The position numbers and the translations under genes are program-made. DNA of 64,000 bases from Phycisphaerales bacterium (GTDB lineage Bacteria > Planctomycetota > Phycisphaerae > UBA1845). The stretch spans positions 3,429 to 67,428 of the forward strand of contig JACKHH010000018.1 in the NCBI GenBank assembly GCA_020639095.1, written 5' to 3'. Shown here one piece after another: positions 51,877 to 59,677 of this stretch. The number at the start of each line of letters is the position of its first letter. Position 1 is the stretch's first letter. Below the pieces are notes generated by a model. That model had not been told where the DNA came from. It did no database searches and saw only the letters and a program-made list of their open reading frames with translations.

Positions 51877-54189
51877 TCAACGCAGCGCATTGCTTTGCCA
51901 GACAACCGGCCAAGTGAGTGTGATCGGCGTGGAGTCTACGGCGACTTCCCGATGCACCGGGCTTTTCCCGTCCCATTGCCATCCAGATCGCGCTTGCATC
52001 GCGTCCGGTCCTGCGCCGATGAGTTGAACGTCCATGCGCCTCGGCGAAGCGGACGTGAGCGTGAGGGTGGCGGTGGTTCCGTCGCGTTCCACGGTGGCGG
52101 AGACGCCGTCGAAGGTGACGAGTTTTCGCGTGCAGGCCGGCCAGACTTGCAACACGCGGCGATCGTCGACCGCGACGACGCTGGCGTCCATGTCTTCGTG
52201 CCGCGGGATGAGTGTGTCGAGGTCTTCGGGGAAGCGGTAGAGCAGCGCACCGCCGCGAACGAACAGCGGAACGCGCGCCAGCGGCGCGTCGACCGCTATC
52301 CGCTGTCCACCGGGGAATCGCTGCCCGCTCCAGTAGTCGAACCACATCGCGTCATCGTCTGTCTTTGGCAGATAGACCGAGCGCTGCGTACCGCTCTGGT
52401 ACATCGGCGCCACCAGCAGGTCATGTCCCAGCAAATACTGGAACTGGCAGCGCACCGCGTCGTGGTCATTGGGAAAGGCCAACACCATGGGCCGGATGAT
52501 CGGCATGCCGGTCGCAGCGGCTTCCTGGGCTGCGTTCATCAGGTACGGTGCGAGGCTGGTGTGCAGCTTCGCAAACGTGTGGTAGATGGCGAGCGTTTCG
52601 TCATCGAAGTCCCAAGGCCCCAGGTTGCAGGTCATGTGTACCTGCATGAGTGGCGAGAGCGCGCCGAACTGCGTCCAACGGATGAAGAGTTCCTTCGTGG
52701 GCGTGCCCATGTATCCGGCGATATCGCTCGCCCACATCGGCATGCCCGAGAGGGCAGCGTTCTGCGCCGCGAGAATCGCGCCCGGGAACCCGTTGTCGAA
52801 GGAGAAGTCGGCTGCGTTGTCACCCGCCCAGCCAAAGGGGTACTGTTGCGCTCCCGTGAACCCGCTGCGCGCAAAAAGTACGCCGTCGCCATCGAGTCGC
52901 TCGTCGATGTAGCCTTGGGCTGCTTGCAGATAGAGCGCCGCGTAGCGGTTCTTCATCACGTCCGCGGTCGAACCGTCGTGAAAAACCGCGTCCGCGACGA
53001 AGTTGCCCTCGCCGTCGTCGCACTTGATCGCGTGCAGCCCCCAGGGGCGCGTTTTGTCGATTTGATCGTGCCACCAGGTCACGGCATCGGGATTGGTGAA
53101 GTCGACCAGCCCGCCGCGACCCTTCCACCAGTCGGTGATCATCGGCTCACCGTTCGGTCGTTTGACGAGAAACCCGCGATCGCGCGCCTCGGCGAAGTTG
53201 GGCGAAGCGCCTTCGACGATGCCGGTCATGTCGATGCGGTTCTCGCTGTTGATGAACGGTGTCAGCCAGAAGCATGGGTAAAACCCCAGCGCGCGAATGC
53301 GCGCGAAGAGCGCCTGCGGGTCGGCGAACTGCTGCTCATTCAGCGTGAAGTCGTTGTAGCCCGTCTCCCAGGGACTGTCGATCACGATCACCGACCCGGG
53401 CAGGTCGTGCTTCCGCGTCAGTTCCGCGTCGGCGAGCAGTTCTTCGCGGTTGCGATGCACGTCGCGACTCTTCCAGGGCGCGAACGACCACATCGGGGGA
53501 ACCTTCGGCCTGCCGGTGAGCCGCGTGAATTCGTCGAGCATCGCGGCGAAGCCGGGCCCGTTGATCAGCACGACGCGCAGCACGCGGCAGTGGTAGTTCA
53601 ACAGCACGAGGTCACGCGTGGTCGCGTTGAAGTCGAACGTCGCCGTTTCGGCATTGTCGACCCAGAGCGCATAGCCGCGTGTGCTCATGTAGTAGGGGAT
53701 CGGTTTGTACGTTACTCCGCCCTTCGAGCCGGGATGGTCGATGCTCGCGATCGGAAGGATCTCACCCTTGTGGTTGAGCGAATTGAACCGCTCACCGGTG
53801 CCGTAATACCACGAACTGTCGCGCACGCCCGCGACAAAATCGTGCGCCGCGCCGTCGAGTGCGATCCAGCGCACCGCGACCGCCGACGTCGATACCCGCT
53901 CCAGTTCAATGCGCACAGTATCATTGGCGAACGCGGTTTCGATGTTGGATGATTTCTCGTCGGGCGCAACTTGATGCCATCGCGTTTGCACGACGCCGTC
54001 GACAAGGAGCGCGGGCAACACCAACGTATCGCGAACAGCCGATGCTGCGTCGAGGAACTTGATGTGTACCTCGCCACGATCAGCCTCTACCTGGAATTCA
54101 ACCCCACCGCGTGAGCCCGCCTCGCCGCCAAAAGCAAGCGAAGTCGAGATCATCATACAGAAAACGCAGTTCAATCGTGAAAGCTTCAT
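51877..54189 (-). CDS. GH31 glycoside hydrolase (alpha-glucosidase/alpha-xylosidase type)
   Basis: Signal peptide present. Motifs HAIKCDDGEG (nucleophile region) and YPFGWAGDNAADFS. Confidence 0.85.
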   Translation of the reverse strand: MKLSRLNCVFCMMISTSLAFGGEAGSRGGVEFQVEADRGEVHIKFLDAASAVRDTLVLPALLVDGVVQTRWHQVAPDEKSSNIETAFANDTVRIELERVSTSAVAVRWIALDGAAHDFVAGVRDSSWYYGTGERFNSLNHKGEILPIASIDHPGSKGGVTYKPIPYYMSTRGYALWVDNAETATFDFNATTRDLVLLNYHCRVLRVVLINGPGFAAMLDEFTRLTGRPKVPPMWSFAPWKSRDVHRNREELLADAELTRKHDLPGSVIVIDSPWETGYNDFTLNEQQFADPQALFARIRALGFYPCFWLTPFINSENRIDMTGIVEGASPNFAEARDRGFLVKRPNGEPMITDWWKGRGGLVDFTNPDAVTWWHDQIDKTRPWGLHAIKCDDGEGNFVADAVFHDGSTADVMKNRYAALYLQAAQGYIDERLDGDGVLFARSGFTGAQQYPFGWAGDNAADFSFDNGFPGAILAAQNAALSGMPMWASDIAGYMGTPTKELFIRWTQFGALSPLMQVHMTCNLGPWDFDDETLAIYHTFAKLHTSLAPYLMNAAQEAAATGMPIIRPMVLAFPNDHDAVRCQFQYLLGHDLLVAPMYQSGTQRSVYLPKTDDDAMWFDYWSGQRFPGGQRIAVDAPLARVPLFVRGGALLYRFPEDLDTLIPRHEDMDASVVAVDDRRVLQVWPACTRKLVTFDGVSATVERDGTTATLTLTSASPRRMDVQLIGAGPDAMQARSGWQWDGKSPVHREVAVDSTPITLTWPVVWQSNALR

Positions 54190-54291
54190 TGTTCATTCCC
54201 AAAGCTGACAGGTCGCACCGATGACCGTATGCATACCCGCAACACCGCGAATGAACAATGAGCTATTGTCCTAATGGCACAGGGTCACGTC

Positions 54292-54323
54292 GGGTGGCAC
54301 GGTCATGCGCAGCAAGGCCGTGG
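54292..54323 (+). repeat. GGGTGGCAC-headed hairpin variant, copy 2
   Basis: GGGTGGCACGGTCATGCGCAGCAAGGCCGTGG. Same orientation as copy 1, with one mismatch. Confidence 0.8.
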
Positions 54324-54431
54324 TTGGCATCCCAGATACCCCATGGAGAGACCGCGTCAGATTACGCCACCCCAGGTCGGCAAAGTGACCCACCACGTAC
54401 CTTGGCGAGGCGCGAATTGCGACCGTTCAAC

Positions 54432-55892
54432 TCAGTGGGCGGTGGAGTCGGGCGACGTTTCCATGCGAAACGGAAGCGACACGACGAACTCGGTCCCCGC
54501 CCCCACTTGGCTCGCAATGCCGATCGTCCCGTTGTGCGCCTGTGCAATCGAGCGGCAAATCGCCAGTCCCAGACCGCTGCCGCCGGTCGCACTCGTGCGG
54601 GCGGCGTCGGCGCGATAGAAGCGGTCGAAGATGCGTGCGATGTGCTCCGGCGCGATGCCCGGCCCGTTGTCACTCACCCGCAGCTCTACGTTTTCATCCG
54701 CCGGGGCGACGCTCACCATCACCCGCCCGCCGTTCGGCGTGTAGCGCAGCGCGTTGTCCAGCAGGTTGCTGAGCAGTTGGCGAATACGCGTGTCGTCGCC
54801 GAACATCTCGACGGGTTTGCCGTCGGCCAGCGAAAGCTCAATGTCGCGTTCGTTGGCGATCGCGCCATACAGATCGACCATGTCGCGGGCGGTTTCGGTC
54901 AGGTTCACCGGACCGGTTTGCAGGAAGCTGCGTCCCGCGTCCGCGCGCGCGAGCAACAGCAGGTCATCGGCGATGCGCGAGAGCTTGTCGAACTGATCGA
55001 TGCTCTCCTCAATCACCAGCCGAAGTTCCTCGACATCCGCCTGTTGATTGAGCGCGATCTCCATGTTCCCGCGCAGCGCCGCGATGGGCGTGCGCAGTTC
55101 GTGCGCCGCGTCGGCAGTGAAGCGCTGGATTTCACCGAACTGTCGTTCGAGTCGCGCGAGCATGTCGTTGAGCACGCCCGCGAGCGCGTCAAGCTCGTCG
55201 CCAGTACCCGAATGCGCCAACCGCGCCGTAAGATTCTCCGCGCCGATCCGTCGCGCCGTATCCGTCATTCGCCGCACGGGCTGCAAGCTCCGTCCCGCCA
55301 GCACCAACCCGCATACCACGGACAAACCCGCGGCCACAGCCATTGCGGCAAAACACAATTGTCGAAATCCGGCGAGCGACGACGCAAAATGATCAAGTCG
55401 GTAAACCGCCTGCGTTTGATAGCGGTTCTTGTCCGCCAGCGTCACCCATTGGCTGCATATGCGATACGGCCAGGGAGCGCCCGCGGGCTGCAGCGTATTG
55501 AACACCACCCCGCTGCTCGATTTCGGCAGCGTGACCGCATCATCGGCTGGGTGAAACGCGTCGTGCGTATCACTCGTAACGACGAGCTTCCCCGACGCGT
55601 CGAGCAGGCGAAAAGTGAGGTCCTTGCGCAGTCGGCTCCCCAGTTCCCGACGAATTCCGCCTTCGATTTCGTCAAAGCCCAGGTGCTGCTCCTCCTCGAC
55701 GATGGTGGTGAATTCCTGCATCTCACCTTCAAGGAATCCATCAACTTCGCGGCTGAGTGAGTAGGAGAGACCGATGTAGAGCAGCGTACAGATCAGGGCG
55801 CAGGTGCCCAGCGTGATCGTCGTCCACCAAAGCGTAAGCCGGGCCCGGATGGTCGCAAGAAACCGACGCGAGTTAACCGGCTTTGAGGACAT
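54432..55892 (-). CDS. sensor histidine kinase (two TM segments, HAMP, HisKA, HATPase_c; CusS/PmrB-like architecture)
   Basis: H-box FTADAAHELRTPIAALRG, N-box LLDNALRYTP, G-boxes VSDNGPGI and GSGLGLAI. Confidence 0.85.
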   Translation of the reverse strand: MSSKPVNSRRFLATIRARLTLWWTTITLGTCALICTLLYIGLSYSLSREVDGFLEGEMQEFTTIVEEEQHLGFDEIEGGIRRELGSRLRKDLTFRLLDASGKLVVTSDTHDAFHPADDAVTLPKSSSGVVFNTLQPAGAPWPYRICSQWVTLADKNRYQTQAVYRLDHFASSLAGFRQLCFAAMAVAAGLSVVCGLVLAGRSLQPVRRMTDTARRIGAENLTARLAHSGTGDELDALAGVLNDMLARLERQFGEIQRFTADAAHELRTPIAALRGNMEIALNQQADVEELRLVIEESIDQFDKLSRIADDLLLLARADAGRSFLQTGPVNLTETARDMVDLYGAIANERDIELSLADGKPVEMFGDDTRIRQLLSNLLDNALRYTPNGGRVMVSVAPADENVELRVSDNGPGIAPEHIARIFDRFYRADAARTSATGGSGLGLAICRSIAQAHNGTIGIASQVGAGTEFVVSLPFRMETSPDSTAH

Positions 55893-56544
55893 ATCCGCAT
55901 CCGCGCACGGTATGAATCAGCGGTGAATCGAAACCGGCATCGACTTTACGACGCAGCCGGTTGATGTGTACGTCGATTACGTTCGTCTTGGGATCGTGAC
56001 GCATGTCCCAAATGCGTTCGAGAATCATCGTGCGCGAAACGACTTCGCCCGCGTGCCGCGCCAGGTATTCGAGCAACGCGTACTCACGCGCGGAGAGGTC
56101 GATCCGCTGCCCGGATCGCTCGACCGCCCGCGTCACCACGTCAACCGTGAGGTCGCCAACGCTGATGGGATTATCCGCGAGGGTCTGGCCGCGACGCATC
56201 ACCGCGCGAATCCGCGCCAGCAGCTCGACAAAGCTGAACGGTTTGACGAGGTAGTCATCGGCACCCAGGTTCAGCCCGCGCACGCGATCATCGAGCGCGT
56301 CGCGCGCGGTGAGGCAGATGACCGGTGTGGCGATGCCCTGTTCCCGCAGCGCCCGCAGCACGCTGAACCCGTCACGCTGCGGAAGCAGAAGGTCGAGCAC
56401 GATGACGTCGTAGTACTCCGTGGTCGCAAGGTGCAGACCGGCATCGCCGTCCCCAGCCACGTCCACGGCGAAGGCCGCTTCCTGCAATCCGCGTTCGATG
56501 AACGACGCGACCGCGTTTTCATCTTCGACCACAAGCGCGCGCAT
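55873..56544 (-). CDS. OmpR/PhoB-family response regulator
   Basis: ATG 56544 (MRALVVEDE). Receiver motifs DVIVLDLLLP and a KPF motif. wHTH segment LSAREYALLEYL ... GCGYVL. 20-nt overlap with the kinase gene. Confidence 0.9.
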   Translation of the reverse strand: MRALVVEDENAVASFIERGLQEAAFAVDVAGDGDAGLHLATTEYYDVIVLDLLLPQRDGFSVLRALREQGIATPVICLTARDALDDRVRGLNLGADDYLVKPFSFVELLARIRAVMRRGQTLADNPISVGDLTVDVVTRAVERSGQRIDLSAREYALLEYLARHAGEVVSRTMILERIWDMRHDPKTNVIDVHINRLRRKVDAGFDSPLIHTVRGCGYVLKAG

Positions 56545-56800
56545 GCCTGTACCTATCTCCAGGGGTTTCTCGCCCGCATTGTACGCGCAGCCGGCTGCCA
56601 CCGCACGTCTCAAGTGCACGGTGTTGGGACGCGGGCCATCCGACCCGGGATCATTAAACGATTGTCATATACCCGCCATCCGCCTGCCATCTTGGGCCAG
56701 TACATTTAAGCCCTTTAATCTGGCGACAGCGTCGTCGCCGATCGCTTACAATGAACCCGCGAGTTCCTTCAAGCAGCATGGACGCTGAGAAGGCTTACCG

Positions 56801-58681
56801 ATGGCACGCTCAAGAAGACTCTTGCTCAATCCCTGGACCCTAGGTGTTTTCACGCTTGTCGTCTGCCTGTGGGGCATCCGCGGCGGACCCAGACTCGGTG
56901 ACCATGAGTGCATCAACGCGCAGTGTGCGCGGCAGATGCTGCAATCCGGCAATTGGCTTGTCCCAACGCTGGGCGAGGCGCCGCGCATCCGCAAACCACC
57001 CCTCGGGTCCTGGCTCATCGCCGCGTCCACCTGGCTCGTTGAACCCGCCAACTCGCGGATGCCCGTCAACGAACTTTCCGCACGCCTCCCGCAAGCGCTC
57101 GCTGCCGTGGTCAACGTGTTCATCATTGCGTGGATGGCGACGCGCATGTATGGCCGGCGCATCGGGAAGGTCGCGGGCCTCGTCGCTGCCGGCAGCCTGC
57201 TCACGCTCTACTTCAGCCACAGCGCGCTCATCGAGATGACGCTGACGCTGTTTGTCACCTTGTCGTTCGCCAGCTTCTGGCGCGCACTCGAAGGCGAAAC
57301 GGTGAATCGCCGCTGGCTGGCCGCCGGTTACGTCGCCTTCGCGCTGGCGATGCTCGCGAAGATGCCGCTGCCGCTCGCCGTCGTCGCGCCGCCGATCTTC
57401 ATCTTCTGGGTGTTCGTGACACCGGCATTGGCGCTCGCGGAACGTACCGCACCGCTGGAGCGGCGCTGGCAGTCTGAACTGTGGATGGGTGTGCGGACGC
57501 AGTTGCGCTGTATTTGGCGACTGTGGTCCACGCCGGGCGTGCTTGCCGTGTTCGCGCTGTGCGGCGGGTGGATCTACATCGTCGCAGCCCAGTCGGATGG
57601 CGTGTGGCAACTCTGGCGACAGGAATACATCGATCGCTTTACCGGCGGGATGGCTGATCGCTCGCACCCATTCTGGTACTACCTGCCCGTCGTGTTCGGG
57701 ATGGTTGCGCCCTTCAGCCTGCTGCTTCCGGAAGCAGTCGCCGCGCCGTGGATGCCGCGCTATCACCGCTACCGCCGAGCGAACGCGTTCCTGCTCACCT
57801 GGGGCATCAGCGGATTGCTCGTGCTCAGCGCGTCCGCGTTCAAACGCCCGCACTATCTGGCTGCGGTCATGCCGCCGTTCCTGATTCTGCTCGCACCCGT
57901 GGTCGATCGCTTCTTCCTCGTCGGCGGCGAAGAACGGCGCCGTGGAATCCGCGCATTCTGCAACGCGCTCCCGTTCATACTGTCAGCCGCAGCCATCGCC
58001 GGTGCGGTTATGCTTACCCAGCAATTTCCCGGCATCGGACGCGGGCCGTTCGTCGCCTTGATCGCGTTGGTCGCGCTCTGGACGGTCGCATCGATCAGCT
58101 TCCGACGCGGGCAGGGGACGGTCAGTCTGGCCACGATCATGCTGGCGAGCCCGGTCATGCTCGCCCTGGGCTGGACGCTCGCTGCCTACGACGAGCAGAA
58201 CAACGATGTGAAGATCCCCGCGCTGGCGTCAGCCATCGCCGATTCCCAGGCGCGTCCGGGCTGTCCCATCGTGCAAATCGACAGCCGGATCGACGCCCGG
58301 CTGATGTTTTATGAGCACCTGAATATCGAGCAACTCTTTACGCCCGTGCAACTCGCACGCATGCGTCCGAATCGCTCATCGCTGTCGCAGGCGGTCATGG
58401 ACGCTGCCGGTGAGCGCGTGCGTTCACTGCTGGCGGCCGATCCGGACACACTGTTTATCCTCAAAGCCGAGCACTTCGATTCGCTCCGGGGTGACTATAA
58501 TTTGCCGCTGGTCGAATTGGCGCGGGTCGCGCTCTCACGCGACGACCCTTCGAATGCCAGCGTCATCCTGGGACGCGACGACGGCGCGGTTTCGCTCGAA
58601 CCCCGCGCGATACCCGCCGCGAACGCGCCACGCCAGGGTGACCGGAAACGCGACGACACCCATCAAGAACCGGTCTCGTAA
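56801..58681 (+). CDS. ArnT/PMT-like GT-C fold glycosyltransferase (PMT_2-type)
   Basis: N-terminal ARQMLQSGNWLVPTLGEAPRIRKPPLGSWLIA pattern typical of ArnT-like enzymes. About 12 hydrophobic segments and a C-terminal soluble domain. Confidence 0.7.
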   Translation: MARSRRLLLNPWTLGVFTLVVCLWGIRGGPRLGDHECINAQCARQMLQSGNWLVPTLGEAPRIRKPPLGSWLIAASTWLVEPANSRMPVNELSARLPQALAAVVNVFIIAWMATRMYGRRIGKVAGLVAAGSLLTLYFSHSALIEMTLTLFVTLSFASFWRALEGETVNRRWLAAGYVAFALAMLAKMPLPLAVVAPPIFIFWVFVTPALALAERTAPLERRWQSELWMGVRTQLRCIWRLWSTPGVLAVFALCGGWIYIVAAQSDGVWQLWRQEYIDRFTGGMADRSHPFWYYLPVVFGMVAPFSLLLPEAVAAPWMPRYHRYRRANAFLLTWGISGLLVLSASAFKRPHYLAAVMPPFLILLAPVVDRFFLVGGEERRRGIRAFCNALPFILSAAAIAGAVMLTQQFPGIGRGPFVALIALVALWTVASISFRRGQGTVSLATIMLASPVMLALGWTLAAYDEQNNDVKIPALASAIADSQARPGCPIVQIDSRIDARLMFYEHLNIEQLFTPVQLARMRPNRSSLSQAVMDAAGERVRSLLAADPDTLFILKAEHFDSLRGDYNLPLVELARVALSRDDPSNASVILGRDDGAVSLEPRAIPAANAPRQGDRKRDDTHQEPVS

Positions 58682-58717
58682 ACCTCGCGATGCCGGTCGT
58701 CTGAAAGGAGACCTGAC

Positions 58718-59635
58718 ATGGCGAGCCGGGCAAACCTCGGGATAATGGTATTCACAATGATCGCAATCGGTTGCCTCGCGCAGCCGGCAGCGGCGCAGAC
58801 CGCGATGCAGGACGTCGGCGTCAGTCGCGACTTCGACATGCAACTGCACGCCGCCGATGCCGCGCCAACCGTCCAACTGGCAGCTTACGAGCAGTCGTAC
58901 CTTCCCGAAGAGGGTGACGACGAAATGGGCGGCGCGATGAACGATGACATGAACTGGGACCTCGCCGGTCCCTACGAAATGCGCAGTGCCGATCCCGAAC
59001 CCGCCGGTGTCGTCGAACTCAAGAACATCTTCGGCTGGAGCACCACCAAGGGCGAAAGCGACGAATTCGAATACGAGTTTGAGATCGAATGGGGCGTCAA
59101 CGAAGACCACGAACTTATCTTCGAAGTACCAGCCGAGTTGGGCGACGGCGCGGTTGAAGGCAACGGCGATCTTGAGCTTGGCTGGCACTGGCGACTGTGG
59201 CGCGAGGGCGAGTGGATGCCCGCGTTCGCAATGCGTAACTTCGTGCATCTGCCCACCGGGTACCATTCCGGCGGGGTGGACTACGAATGGATCGGCCTGT
59301 TCACCAAGAGCATCATCCCAGGCAAGCTGCGCTTCGACGCCAACCCGTTCATCAAGTCGGTGAATGACCACCGCGAGGAGGAAGCGCGACACTTCCTGTG
59401 GGGCGGTTCCTTCGGTCTGGACTGGCGTGCGAGCGACGAACTCATCCTCGTCGCACTCTATCGCTACGAAACCGGCGAACTCGAAGGCACGCGCGACAAC
59501 CACTACGTGCAGATCGGTGGCGAGTGGGACCTCGACGAACACAGCGAAATCGGTTTCAGCACGACCGTTGGCTTGGATGGCGACGAGAACGGCCCAGCCC
59601 TCGGCGCGAAGATCAGCTACATCTACTCGTTTTGA
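58718..59635 (+). CDS. putative outer-membrane beta-barrel protein
   Basis: AAGGAG lies 7 nt before ATG 58718. Signal peptide ...CLAQPAAAQ. Alternating amphipathic strands and a C-terminal aromatic residue (KISYIYSF). Confidence 0.5.
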   Translation: MASRANLGIMVFTMIAIGCLAQPAAAQTAMQDVGVSRDFDMQLHAADAAPTVQLAAYEQSYLPEEGDDEMGGAMNDDMNWDLAGPYEMRSADPEPAGVVELKNIFGWSTTKGESDEFEYEFEIEWGVNEDHELIFEVPAELGDGAVEGNGDLELGWHWRLWREGEWMPAFAMRNFVHLPTGYHSGGVDYEWIGLFTKSIIPGKLRFDANPFIKSVNDHREEEARHFLWGGSFGLDWRASDELILVALYRYETGELEGTRDNHYVQIGGEWDLDEHSEIGFSTTVGLDGDENGPALGAKISYIYSF

Positions 59636-59651
59636 TACTTATTCTACGAGG

Positions 59652-59677
59652 ACCGGCGCTGGGTTAGTCGCGCCGGT
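59652..59677. terminator. hairpin between convergent genes (possible bidirectional terminator)
   Basis: ACCGGCGC (59652-59659) / GCGCCGGT (59670-59677). There is no clear T-run on either strand. Confidence 0.3.

Noticed and set aside
3748-54323. Checked whether the recurring hairpins could form a CRISPR array.
   Set aside because: Copies are kilobases apart, belong to several unrelated families, are not separated by regular unique spacers, and no cas genes are present.
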